A DNA stretch of 64,000 bases from NCBI GenBank assembly GCA_001687465.1, contig LVLI01000158.1:1-64000 (forward strand). Direction: 5' to 3'. The translations under genes and the position numbers were made by a program. Numbering within the stretch: position 1 is the stretch's first letter; every line of letters starts with the position of its first letter. The DNA comes from Halocafeteria seosinensis (taxonomy: Eukaryota). Of the stretch, positions 12,132 to 24,240 are shown one piece after another. The notes beneath the pieces were generated by a model. The model worked only from the letters and a program-made list of their open reading frames with translations, ran no database searches and was not told where the DNA came from.

Positions 12132-14554
12132 ATGAGGGCTTTCAAGAGCGGATTTGCCATATTCTGCCTCTTTTCACTGTCCGCCCAAGTGATATCGTTT
12201 CCATCAAAGTCTCGTGGGGATCTTTCGACGGCAAATTCTTTTGCTGGTGAGGAAGCATCGGGTAACGAAACGTCGACTCCTCGTAGCACGTCGCTCAAAC
12301 AGTTCATTGTTCGCATGCCGAACACCACGCCAGGAGGAATGATTATGGAGCATTTGTTGACGCAGCTGACTACAATGAGCAGGAATGAAACTTATGCCGC
12401 ATTTGAAGCCCGTGTTCGGCACAGATACTCTGCCGTTCTAACGGGGGCTATGGTGCAGATGTCTCCAGTCGCCTGGAAGTGGTTACTCGAGAACTACCCG
12501 GAGGTAATGGTGACTGAAGACGACAAGTCAGTTTCTTTAAAAGACTGGGGGGCAACACCTCATCCACTCCAAATAATTTCATCCAGCGAGGCAGAACTGC
12601 CTACATCTGGGAACAAAAGTAAGCTCGACCACTGGCTGAGCAGGCACTTAACTTAAATTATGTGCTTCGAAGTGGATGCAGAACCATCGAGCAGGCATTG
12701 GATCAGAGGCACCGCAAAGGAAGACCGTGCTGAGTACAAAACGCAACATGTCTCAAGTGACCTTTGGAATCTTGACAGGTTGGACTCACACCCGCGATCT
12801 TTTGACGGAAAGTACGAGTACTCCAGAAGCGGAAAGGGGGTTGACGTCTACGTCTTGGATACGGGAGTGAGAGATTCACATTGTGAGTAACAAGCATGTG
12901 TACGAAGCTAGTTGTTAAAGACTGCTCACTTTTTCGAATTCCGTTTCGCGTCTTCAGTGGAATTCCAAGGAAGAGTTAGAGCCTCTCCAGATTTCTCTGG
13001 TGATTCGTCCAATGAGGACTGCTCAGGACATGGTAGGTAGCACGTACTATGCTAGGTACTCCGCATCTAGAGCGGCAATGCTATTTGCAGGCACACATGT
13101 TGCGGGAATTATTGGGGGCAAGATTGCTGGGGTAGCTAAAAGTGCTACAATTGTCAGTGTGAAGATTTTCTCTTGCACCGATCGGGAATCTGCATTTATG
13201 TCTCGTCTTCTAGAAGGTATGCGGCACTAGCACCTTCGTTTACTTAAAAAAAGATGAAAGCAGAACTTGTTTTGGAAATTGCAGCTATGGATTGGATAGT
13301 TGCCGACTCAGCCAAACGCAAAAGGCCTGCCGTGCTAAATCTCTCCTTAGGAGGAACGCTGAACTCAATGTTGGATGATGCTGTATCCACGGTCCGGAGC
13401 CACGGAATACTCGTGGTTGCTGCCGCCGGAAATTCGGACTGTGACAGTTGCAGGTCCAGTCCGGCGCACCTGCCCTCTGTACTAACGGTTGGAGCGACTA
13501 ATCGGCGCGATGAACTCACTAGTTTTAGCAACTACGGTCCGTGTGTCAACCTGTATGCACCTGGTGAAGACATTCTATCCGCAAGCTCTCTATCCGACTT
13601 CGGCGGAGCAAAATTGTCTGGCACTTCAATGGCTGCGCCTCATGTTGCTGGGATCGCTGCGCAATACCTGGAAGATCATACCGACTCATCCGTTGACGGT
13701 ATCACCGCAGCTATTTTGTGCTCCTCTACTCCAGGAATCCTACAAGGCTTTACTTCGAGTAAGTACACTCTCATGAATGGGTATACGGTTTTAGTCACAA
13801 TTTGACAGATACGGCACGCAGGAGCGTAAATCTATTGTCATTCTCAGGAGAAACATGGGCAGAGAATAAGACGGTCACGAAAGAAAACTGTCCAGCGGGT
13901 GTCAAACATCTGTGCCCAGGAGAGCTACCATGTAACGGTCGAGGAGTATGTACGCTCATCGGAACATGCGTGTGCACCTGTGGATGGACCGGAAGGGAAT
14001 GTGATGAAAGACATGAAAGTAATACCCTTAAAGGGGTGACAGGCTCTGTTCAACTGTCTTCGTTCCATAACATGCCATTTGAGATTGCCTGGGAAACCCT
14101 CCATTTTTCTTTGAAAATTCCAAGCAACGCAATCTTATTGGACATCTCAGTTGACTTTGGTAACGGTGTTGGATCCGTGCAAGTGTCCTTACTCGGCGCA
14201 CTGATTGCAAAGACTTCTCGAGGATTTCCAGGAAATGTAGCTATCGTAAGACAACGAACTTCTGGTTTTGGCGGTCGAGAAATTTCTATCTGCTTGCGTC
14301 GTCAGCATCCTATATACTGGGCTGACACAATCACTCTGTCGTGGAATATGACAGAAAGGAAAACAGATGACTCAATGCAAGAATCCCCGGCTTCTAGTCA
14401 AGCATCTTCGCTCCCTCCGCTCCCAGAGAAGGACAATACTGCGTGTTCGGGAATCGCTGCCTTTCGCGAACGAAATACAATTAATAGAGTGGCGTTAACT
14501 TTTATGCTGTGTCTTGTAGCAACATTTCTAGAAATTGGCAACTACTTAAGATAA
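12132..14554 (+). CDS. Subtilisin-like (S8, proteinase K-type) protease with signal peptide, I9-like propeptide, EGF-like domain and C-terminal hydrophobic anchor
   Basis: Catalytic triad VYVLDTG / HGTHVAG (split by an intron) / SGTSMAAPHVAG; AAGN oxyanion motif; CNGRGVC...CVCTCGWTGREC; hydrophobic C-terminus. Confidence 0.92.
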
Positions 14555-15116
14555 TCTTGTGGTAGTTAGGGATATCGGCAGCGACAATATTCTGGCAAGG
14601 TCGATTTAACCGACACGCAAATGCAGCAATGTTGCCGACGTATCCAAGGCTTATGATTGCTTGATTGTGATCCACCTTATGTCCTCTGATATTTCGTCAA
14701 ATGTCTATCTACAATCAAACTGCTCACACGGGATAACTCCGATGCAACCCACACAGTGCTGCCATGGTGAGCCAGGTGAGAAACATGGATGACTCTTTCC
14801 TCCCCAAGCTCTAATAATCGTTTCTGTCTATTGTCGGTAGGCCCTAACCGGTAGTGCTGAGTTGTCAGTGAGCTGGGTCTAGCTCATGGCGCAGAGTCGT
14901 TTCTATTCCCAAGGCTACACCAGAAACTTCTCAATCAATCAACGAAACCGCTAGGGGGTATTCTCTGGAAGAAAACAACCACCATTCACCTCTCATCATT
15001 CTTTGGTATTGTTGCTGCTCACGCTCAGAAAAGAAGACACTAGTGGCATTCTGACTCCACGTAGCTCTATGCGGTTAGTGTGGTGCAGTGCGGCTCTGAA
15101 ATTCTGAATTCCTAGT

Positions 15117-15153
15117 CACCGTTATCCGGGCCCGGCCGATGGCCCGGACGGTG
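15117..15153. other. GC-rich hairpin upstream of the kinase gene
   Basis: CACCG..TCCGGGCC / GGCCCGGA CGGTG inverted repeat with an 8-nt loop. Confidence 0.5.
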
Positions 15154-15462
15154 GGTAGACAGCGTAGACAGGCTGTACAGTGCACAGCATCTACAGCTGT
15201 CCCCGAGATGATACGTGACCAAGATATTGTATTGAACCATGGCATGCTTTATCTTTCCTCTTCCAACGGATTTCAATGCAGCGGTAGTTTAGTTGGTTAC
15301 ATCGCTCAATGCAAGTGTGCGATTTGATTGTTGGGTTGACCGGCTACGAAGCCGAGATTCGATCTATCTACGAGTACCAAGAACTCTTTCCTGTCCAATC
15401 CAATGTCTTTGAGTAGTTTCTTTTCTGCCCATCGGAGTCGATAGTGGGGTCCGGACGAGACC

Positions 15463-18400
15463 ATGGAGTCGACACAGGAATCTAGACAACCTCCTCCCCC
15501 GCCTCAAAGAGACCATACAGCTGGCACTTCGGCGGCTTCTACGACCTCCATTACTGCGATACAGGGGGCTGAACAGACGTCTAGCGCCCCTCCAAAGCAC
15601 TCGCCACCTCCCAAGACAAACAGAAAGGAGGGGGGAAGGAGCACGCCGGGTACACCGGCAAGTTCAATATCGGCGGAATCGACGGACCAACGGGATAATC
15701 CACCGGAAGCGCTTCCCAATGACGATTTAGGTACGTTTTTCGGTCTTTTCTCATCGACTGTTGTGGGCTGTGTCTGGGGCAGTGAATGTCATAGATCGGA
15801 ATCGGTAGCCCCAACTGTCACGAAACAAATCTCCTTATGTCATGGATAGAGGATCATCTCTTGGTTTGCATGTGCAGAGAATTTAACGGAGGTCGTGGCA
15901 GTGCACTTTCAAAAATCAAGAGGACTCAAACCATCGGAAAGCCGCGAAGAGGCTCAGCGGGTCTTATGTCAAGGGGCAGAGGGTACACCGACCACGAATG
16001 ACTATCTACTATTTAGGTACTTAATTGAGAATAACTCGCTGCATCAACCGCTGCCGAAACAGAGCGTATTTTCAGGATACCTTTTACGCCGGGAAGAAAA
16101 CCTACAGTCTCCCCTTAAATGGGACTGGACTCGACGATGGATTGTAATCAGCGGTGGCATTTTACTTGTTTTCTCCAAACCAACTGGAGAGCCTTCGGAT
16201 TGCCTCGGTGTTTATCAGCTATTCGGTCCAGGATGGCGTGCAGCACTGAAATGCGAGACCATTTTACCGGTATGTACTCCGCCTTTTCGTCTTGCATCAA
16301 CCAAAGGATACAGTAACCGGCGCTCGTATTGCAGGAATCGTGTAATGCTTCATACACCTTCATGCTTACCATGGGGAAAGATGCGCTTCCAGAGGAATCT
16401 GCCATTTTGTACTCCTACCAAGATTCTCATGGTGAAGGGAAGTTTAGGAAGGATAGTTCTGCCAGTGCGGACTCACCAGGAAGTGGTAGCTCAAAGAGTG
16501 TTTCGAGTTGTCATTCGGCTGAGGCTGGAGCAGAGTTAGCCAAAGCAGCAGCCCGTCATAGACAACAAGATCAGGAGTCTTCCATCTCTAGGAGCGCGAA
16601 CACCTCCGTCGATGAAGCTTTCGACCAGGAAGAATATGACGGTCCCATCGTTGGTACCGAGGCTATCCGCCTTTCAGAGCCAAAGTTCGAAATGTTCCGA
16701 GCAGCTAACACCCAGTCATTGGACGAATGGGTTAATGTAATCAATTCACAGATATATTATAGTAGGGTAATGCCATCTTCGGCGTTTCAAAGCACTCATA
16801 AAGACGTTTGGAGAGATATGAACGGTGCGGAGGTCCCTGTGTCCAACATTTACCGACCATGTCGACCCCCCGGTCGGAATGCTGTGCGCCTTTACTGTAA
16901 CGTGGATATAATGCGGAAACGAGTGTCCTTCCCGCTGCTTCTAACACGTCCACTCATGGGATATTCTCTTCACGACAATATCGGCTCGGGGAATTACGGG
17001 TCTGTCACTCGAGCTAGTACAACAGATGGAAAGTACGTGGCAATCAAGGTAATGCCCAAGATGGTGGCAAAGCCCAAGGGGAAACAAGGTAGCGAAACAA
17101 AAGAGCAAAAACGTCAAAACGACCTTATTCGGAGTGAGATTGAATGCCTTGAAATCCTGAGCACCAGTGTATCTAATCCTCATGAAGTAGGATTGGTTGC
17201 ATTGCACGCGGAGGATACCTATCAAATTGCTGCGACTTGCAGCAATCCGAGGCCTTCTGATTTTAGCTTGATCTTGGATGGGAAGAAGGAGCTGTTTCCT
17301 GAATTGAACTGTGGGATACGAGAAGATAATGAAAACGTATATATCATAATGAAGGACATTGAAGGAAACTCCCTTCTGAATTTAGTAGAGCAACCGTGTC
17401 CAATTCGAATATTTAACGCACCTCGACGTAATGGAGAACATAACACTCCATCCCAGGTTTTTCTGAAGATGAGCAGCTCTCTTAGAGAAGATAGCAGCTC
17501 TTCTGCCTCCCCTAGAAATCGGTCTCACAGGAAACTAGGTGAATTGTATTCTGGGGATAACTCCTCCGGTGCTCTAACATCTCAGGCGTCAACCAACTCC
17601 ATGGGGATTCCAGTTAGTATGGCGGATTCTTTTGCACTGCGAGATAAAGTGCCTAGGAGGACAGATTTGAACCCTCCACCCATGGATACTGGTCTTCCGG
17701 AAGGTTGGGTGCGGAAGATCGTACGGAGGCTTTCCCAAGCTCTGCTGTCGATGCACCACAGAGGCATTACTCATAGAGACGTAAAACTGGAGAACGTCCA
17801 GATTTCGACAACGGGTGAAGTTTTCCTCTTAGACTATGGGTTTGCTGCGATTACTGATAGAGTGGTTAATTGTTCAACGATGCTCGTTAAAAACAGTTCC
17901 GTGATATGCTCAACGGAGTGCCATGGCATTTTTGCAGAGTTCGGTCCTTATTCGCTGAAAAGGAATCCTGTTATCTTCTGTGTAGTCCAGGGCGGTGTAT
18001 ATGAGACCCCAAGTGCACCCCCACGCACGTTTTCATGGATGAACAAAACAAAAAAGAAGCTGTATAAGATGCTTTCACGGAATAGCTCCAGCAGATTTGA
18101 TTTGACGGTCACTGGACAAAGAAGTAATGCGCTGAGTGGCTCGGCAATGGCCCATTGTCTTAACCGGGTACCGCAGGGTAATTCCGACTCCACTAGCCCA
18201 GCTGGATCAAGGAAAGGTGTGTCCTGTAACGATGGGGAAAGTGCGGGACCTGAATGCGCAAAGGCACATCGTGATAACGTTGTACGAAATCCTTCCACCA
18301 TACTCACTACTCGTCTTGGCACGAAGTACGCAATGGCTCCTGAAATATGGAAACAGGAGGACTATAACACTGCTGTTGACGCATGGGGTCTGGGCGTGAT

Positions 18401-19772
18401 CGCATTTTACACACTATTTGGTGAAGCTCCATTCAGCGAGTTCGGAGGCCGGGGAGAATTCAAGAGCAACTTAGTGAGTGGGAATCTAGTTCAACCGCCT
18501 TCTTGGGAAGCAGTCAGTGAGGAAGCTCGTTCACTTATTGTTAGGCTGCTTGATCCCGATCCCTTCAAACGCGCAACAGTCCATGACATTCTCCATGATC
18601 CTTGGATGGGCATAGACCTGACAGAGCCTGCATCTGGGACAAAGGAACCCATACCACAGGTTCAGCACGAATTGCGCTCCTCGCATGCTCCGGACTCCAC
18701 TGCTAGCATCGCCTCTACCGCTTCTAAGGATGAACCCTTCACGATGGACGAACAAGCAAGTGATACGATGTATGCGGATAAAGAGATGGACGCGTCGGCT
18801 GATGGGGAAAGGGGCTATTCTGTGGTGGTTGAACACACGGAGTATGCAAAGAGTGTCAACGATACGGAGCATATAGAGCCTGAAGATGACAACGATATCG
18901 CTAGTAAGAACGACGACTGTTTATATAGGGAAAACGGTCATCGGGAGGACAGTTCGCTCTCTGACGGTAAGGATGAGGGAAGTAGTGGCAGTTCCTTAGG
19001 TACTACGGCGCAAAATGAGCTAAGGGGTAGACATTCCGGCATCGGAAGGGACGAAAAGCGCTCTACCGATGGTAGTTGCGATATCAACAACGGGACAGAC
19101 TATGGTGGCGATGCTGACGACACCCAGCTTGCCTATGATAACAAGGACCACGCTCCTGATGCCGAAGTGGAGAGCTCTAGTAGCTCGAACTCGGCGTGGA
19201 CAGGGAGTTCTGAAAATAGCCCCACAGGAGATATTTCTAAGGACCAACAGAAGGGAGTCAGGGCAGGCAAAACGAACGAGAACAACACAGCCAGCAATGG
19301 TCGTGTCATAGACTCGAATTATTCACCGCATCCGATATCTTCTGCGGATGAGTACCCTCGCGCCGGAGCGCCATCCCCGTCTTCATATCACGGCGACGAA
19401 GGTTCGGCAGCAGGAACCAATGGATTCTACTCCGATGCATCGCCTCAAAAAGTACACCAAGATAGATCGGACGGTGAAGACGAAAAGCAAGGGAGTGAAG
19501 ATCAACACCAAGAGACTGAGGAGAGAGGTGGAAGGAGTGTGTCCTCGTCCGTCGCGAAGACTTTGAACAGCCTGGAACATTCTCATATAAACGAAAGTGC
19601 GACTTCTCTCCTAAGTGCTTCGAACGGTGCCGGTAATTCTACCGCGTCGTCGATACATGACGAGGCAGGCGACGTCACTTATCCCCTCGAAGATGTAAAG
19701 GCTAACAACGATTACCGCGACTCTCGAAGCCGAAGCTCGAATACGTCTACTAGTTCCGGAGATGTATGGTAA
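15463..19772 (+). CDS. PH-domain Ser/Thr protein kinase (CAMK-like) with large insertions
   Basis: PH: SGYLLRRE...WTRRWIVISGG...FRAANTQSLDEWVNVIN. Kinase: GSGNYGSV, VAIK, HRDVKLEN, DYG, GTKYAMAPE, DAWGLG. Introns near 15731-15878 and 16270-16334. Confidence 0.9.
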
Positions 19773-20204
19773 CATGGAAATGGACAACGGTTCCATCCGA
19801 TAGTATAATGAACGGCTAACATATGTAGATACATAGTCGAAAGTATCCATACGCACTAAATAATTACATCCCTATATGTCATTTTTTTCTGGTGTGGTCT
19901 GTGTGATTGGTCTCCTATGGCATGGTGAATTCCAGGATTGGGTTGATTCCTTCCCCAATCAAGAAAAAGTCGCATCCACAATGCGACCTTGGCCAAACAG
20001 TCGCCAAAAGATCGGAGCTTAGAACGATATGGCGAATTTGTGTTGAATGAGCTCCCGTGCAGCTATCGCAGTTTACAGGTTTGGAGTCCCTTCGGCCCTA
20101 GTCCCCGTCCCGGTCCCGATCAACTTACACAGCGAGCTGTGCGACGGCTTTTTTCTGCGCGAAGTCGAGCAGTCGTGCAGAAATTCTGCTCACTAGATAT
20201 TACA

Positions 20205-20573
20205 ATGAAGGACTCCTCAAGCAACGGGGGATTTCGTCCGCTCGACCTAAGTGACGCCGAATACGATGAAAAACCTCGCCAGCCGTGCTGTAGTTGTTGT
20301 CGGCGGAGGCCTACCTGTGGACGAGGCAAGGAAGCGTCCAACAACGGCACTTTGAGCACGCAGTGGAAGCAAGACGAAAATGGAATCGTTTTCAATGATT
20401 TTTTCTCGAAAGACTACATGTATGAATCGCTTCCTCAACCAGGGTGTGGCAGTGTGGACGACAGTTCAGGCAAAAAACGAGAACGGAAAAGTTCAATACG
20501 AGATCTCAGCGTCAAGGATGCCCCACCAGAAATTGCCATGAGAGCACCCAAGACGCCGCTCATGAAGTGTTAA
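20205..20573 (+). pseudogene. 5'-only truncated paralog of the downstream membrane-protein family
   Basis: CCSC, FNDFFSKDYMYESLP and DDSSGKKRERKSSIRDLSVKDAPPEIA match the N-terminus of the 21040 gene; homology then ends abruptly. Confidence 0.75.
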
Positions 20574-21039
20574 ATACTTATGGCTAGGATAATCTTCTTG
20601 TTTCCAATAATGTATGTGTTGCAGTTAGGTAGTCACACATGTATCCACAATCCCTCCCGGAGTAAAATGCGTGTAGATACATGTACATGTACAGTAGTGT
20701 ACAATGTATGGGTTGCCACGACAGTAGAAGCTTCTCTGGCCCCCAGTCGGGAGACTACTGTCCACTGCAAGGCCTACAATACAAATTCGTGAAGCTACCC
20801 ATGCATGGACCGTGCTGTCGCCGCGTACCACACGGTGTCCACACCCGTTACGGTGACCCGTACATACCGCGCTCGTTTGATCTTCACAAAGCCTGGCGGT
20901 ATCTTTACCCATGTTCTGGTTGCAGCATACTATGGCTTTTGCATGCGTTCATTACTCTCTCATAGAAGAGAGTAACCACACTCGGCCCCAACGAGACCGG
21001 GAGTAGGCTTCGACACTGTATTCAATGCAATTCGGAAGG

Positions 21040-23919
21040 ATGGCCTCCGGCTCATCAAGCAAGCGTGTGCTTGAATACACATACACCGGCTATGAAGACT
21101 CTCATCGTTCGTGCTGCAGTTGTTGGAGGGCGGATCTATGTCAATGCGGCAGGAGGGGACAGCTGCTGATGGACGAGGAGGAATCGGCCATCAACGGCAC
21201 TGTAAGCGTGCAGTCGATGTGGGAAGAAGGAATTATCTTCAACGATTTCTTCTCAAGGGACTACATGTATGAATCACTTCCTGGAGTTGAGTTTGCCAGT
21301 ATGGACGACAGTTCAGGCAAACAACGAAAACGGAAAAGTTCAATAGTTGTCACAAGTGTTCGTGATCTCAGCGTCAAGGATGCCCCACCAGAAATTGCCC
21401 TGGAAGATATCCGCATTTCACAGCCCCTCTCGACCAACGTTGAATCCAAGTACAGCAAACACTCGCAACCGGCGCAAAATGGAAAGGCCGAACAAGTACC
21501 TCTTCTCTTGTGGAGAGATATGGACTCTCCAAGAGTTATAGGCACAACATTGGGTGGTTACTTGCAACAAAGCGATGTCGTTGTTGTTTCAGCAAAGTAT
21601 ACAGGTGACAGTTACGATACAACAGTAGAAGTCTGCCGATGGTTAGAGGAGATACGAGATACGACGCTCAACAATACCGAGACCGGCGTTTTTCCCGTAG
21701 TCGCTGTCTTCATTTGGGGTGACGAACGATATGCAACTGAATTAAAGTCGTTTGAGAAGGATATCAGCAGTATTAAATCCTATCTTGCACTCAAACAAGC
21801 CGTACACGTCACTATAGCACCCCTAGAAGCAGCGGAAAATATATTCCTGAAGGCAATGCAAGGTGTGCTCAACAGCACATTTTCTCTGGATAGTGAACTG
21901 GACCTACATGTATTTTCCCAGAGCTACAGGAAGACTAAATCTACTGCGTCAACAAGCGAGAAAAAGAACTCAGCTGGAAAACGTATTCCGATCAATGTTT
22001 TGAGAGCTTCTAGTTGGGAATGCTTTGACGGTTTTCCTGAGGACTTTGCACACTTCCCTCGAAATAAGGCATCGGGCGTGGGGTTTCTCCAAGACTTAAA
22101 CCCCAAGGTGGCTTTGCGACCAACGTACTTATTTGCCGGTCTCATTTCTGCAGCTACAGCATCCTTACCATGGTTTGCTATCAGTTGGATTCGAAACAAA
22201 CTTGTTCTTTCCATCTTGGATGGTTTCTCACAGTATTTTTGCGGCGACGAGAAGCCATCACGCCGTTTCACCACTCGGTGTCGGCTGTGCTGCTTTCTTG
22301 TCGCTCGGAGAACATGGTGCCCATTGCCTGGGATTCGGAGAGAACGTTCATTTTGGGGAAAACATAAGTCTTTTTATGCCGTCAGCTTGTACCCAATGAA
22401 GCCCATCAAGTGGGTATCAATTGGATTTGTCGCCGGATTTCGCAGTCTCTTACGGCAGACAATCGGATATTGGTTTGGGATGTCGCAGCGAGTCCAGTTC
22501 GTTCTAATTGATTACTTGACCAGGCTTTTGTATGGTATCCTAGCTGCCGGTTGGTGGTATTTCTTTGCGTATACTATGGATACAGGTATTATTATAAGCA
22601 GAGTCATTGTGCCGCTCAATGACGTTGAGGGCTTTCCAGACAAGCTTTTGAACTATACAATAATCTACGTCGTCTATCTGGCAGTCTTATCCTGGTGCTA
22701 CTCCGTCTGGTCCGCTAGCTACGTCACTTCCGGAACACGCATTTTGCTAAGGGACTCCTTATGCATCATGATAACTGAGAGCGCCGTCGACAGCTCGACT
22801 TCAAATAATGATGGAGCTTTGTGCGATGGTGCTCCAACACGTCGAGCCATTCTGACGACGGAGTGGCTGAAAAATTATTTGCGATATGCAAGTGAGAAAA
22901 GGCGTAGAGCGGCGTTTTGGGGTTCCTTTGGGCTAGCGTTGTTCGGCTTTTTAGTGCATGTCGGAATCAAGGTGCTGTTAATTGTGTTGGGTAAAAAGCA
23001 TGCCGGTGGAACGATTGTTTTGTATCACTTTTCGGATATCCCTGGTGTCAAGTTCCCCTTCTTCGTTGTGGTTGGCTCGCTGTACGCGGGGTCGTTGTTT
23101 TTGCTGGCGTTTGTATCGCTTGATCCACTAATGAAGCAGAACGTAGCCATGAAGTATATGTCTAAAATGCTTGAGAACACGTTTCACCAGAGTGATTTCC
23201 CTGGTGTGCAGTCTTTGTCGAGTAAGAAGCATGAAGAATCTGGAGTCCCCGCCTGTTGCGGATTCGCGTCCCCGCGTATATCTGCGTGTTTTTCAAGGGC
23301 ATTCTACAGGTGTAGACATGTAAACTGTGGCGGGGCAATCCCACAACTGCCTCGATTGTCTTTATCAGACCCTCTGAGTATATATGCCTGGCTACATACA
23401 CGCCAGTGCTTAATTAAGGAATTCCAGGATAACTTTGCCGAGGCAAAGTATGTTTTGCTTACGTCTTTCCTCTTCATTGGAGCAGGCTTGGGATACTTCA
23501 TTTTTGAGTGGATCAGGACATCATCGCTGTTTGCTAATAGCACTGTCTTGACTGATGCCCTGTATGGTGCGTGTGTGGTGGTATTTCTCCTAAATTACGC
23601 TTCATCGTTGGAGGATGAGAATCAACGACAAGCTCGTTTGATAGGAGAAGCAATGCTTCAAATTCGACAACAAGAGCAAGCTGATTTTAGCTTTACCGGT
23701 ATGCGAACGGATGTTGCAGAAAGCGCTGAAGATCGGCAAATGAGGTTAGACCATTGTTACAAAGCGTACGAGGTCTCCCATCACGTCATCAAAGAGCAGC
23801 CGGTGGTAGCGACGATTTTAGGAATAGAATTGTCTAGAAGAACAGTCAAGTCTGCCATGGTCGGTGTAGGTGGCCTTGCCATTCCGGTGCTTAAAGCGGT
23901 TTCAAACGAAATCGTTTAG
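21040..23919 (+). CDS. Multipass membrane protein, PHTF/7TM-ion-channel-like C-terminal half with a degenerate Ras-like N-terminal domain (copy 1, intact)
   Basis: Intronless ~960-aa ORF with about 7 hydrophobic helices; LPRLSLSDPLSIYAWLHTRQCL and HVIKEQPVVATILGIELS motifs. The ORF is well supported; the family call is inferred. Confidence 0.8.
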   Translation: MASGSSSKRVLEYTYTGYEDSHRSCCSCWRADLCQCGRRGQLLMDEEESAINGTVSVQSMWEEGIIFNDFFSRDYMYESLPGVEFASMDDSSGKQRKRKSSIVVTSVRDLSVKDAPPEIALEDIRISQPLSTNVESKYSKHSQPAQNGKAEQVPLLLWRDMDSPRVIGTTLGGYLQQSDVVVVSAKYTGDSYDTTVEVCRWLEEIRDTTLNNTETGVFPVVAVFIWGDERYATELKSFEKDISSIKSYLALKQAVHVTIAPLEAAENIFLKAMQGVLNSTFSLDSELDLHVFSQSYRKTKSTASTSEKKNSAGKRIPINVLRASSWECFDGFPEDFAHFPRNKASGVGFLQDLNPKVALRPTYLFAGLISAATASLPWFAISWIRNKLVLSILDGFSQYFCGDEKPSRRFTTRCRLCCFLVARRTWCPLPGIRRERSFWGKHKSFYAVSLYPMKPIKWVSIGFVAGFRSLLRQTIGYWFGMSQRVQFVLIDYLTRLLYGILAAGWWYFFAYTMDTGIIISRVIVPLNDVEGFPDKLLNYTIIYVVYLAVLSWCYSVWSASYVTSGTRILLRDSLCIMITESAVDSSTSNNDGALCDGAPTRRAILTTEWLKNYLRYASEKRRRAAFWGSFGLALFGFLVHVGIKVLLIVLGKKHAGGTIVLYHFSDIPGVKFPFFVVVGSLYAGSLFLLAFVSLDPLMKQNVAMKYMSKMLENTFHQSDFPGVQSLSSKKHEESGVPACCGFASPRISACFSRAFYRCRHVNCGGAIPQLPRLSLSDPLSIYAWLHTRQCLIKEFQDNFAEAKYVLLTSFLFIGAGLGYFIFEWIRTSSLFANSTVLTDALYGACVVVFLLNYASSLEDENQRQARLIGEAMLQIRQQEQADFSFTGMRTDVAESAEDRQMRLDHCYKAYEVSHHVIKEQPVVATILGIELSRRTVKSAMVGVGGLAIPVLKAVSNEIV

Positions 23920-24060
23920 GACATGCACGGTGAGAACGACAACAGAATACAAGATGAAGACTTTGCAAATTACACATTGGAATTTGCTGAAGGGTTTTTG
24001 AGAACAACTACGTATGGAAGGTTCATATGATGCCATCGCGGATACCGACACTACTGTATC

Positions 24061-24240
24061 CTTTGCATCCCATTGGCGTTCGACGTCTTGAAGAAGGCAA
24101 GAAAAACTCTGTTATATCATCGCATGGCTTAATACACCATGATCTTCGATGAAACAATATTGGTTCTTTATAGAAATGCATGGTGTCAAGTGGTACCTGC
24201 ATTATTGGGTTTGAGCAAGATTTCCAAGCCAGCCTTGAAA
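24061..24240 (+). pseudogene. Decayed protein kinase fragment (Crinkler-type kinase-like)
   Basis: LHPIG...HGLIHHDLR*NNI...KWYL/IIGFE resembles the HRDxRWxN...WxLIDFE motifs, with a stop and a frameshift. Confidence 0.35.
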
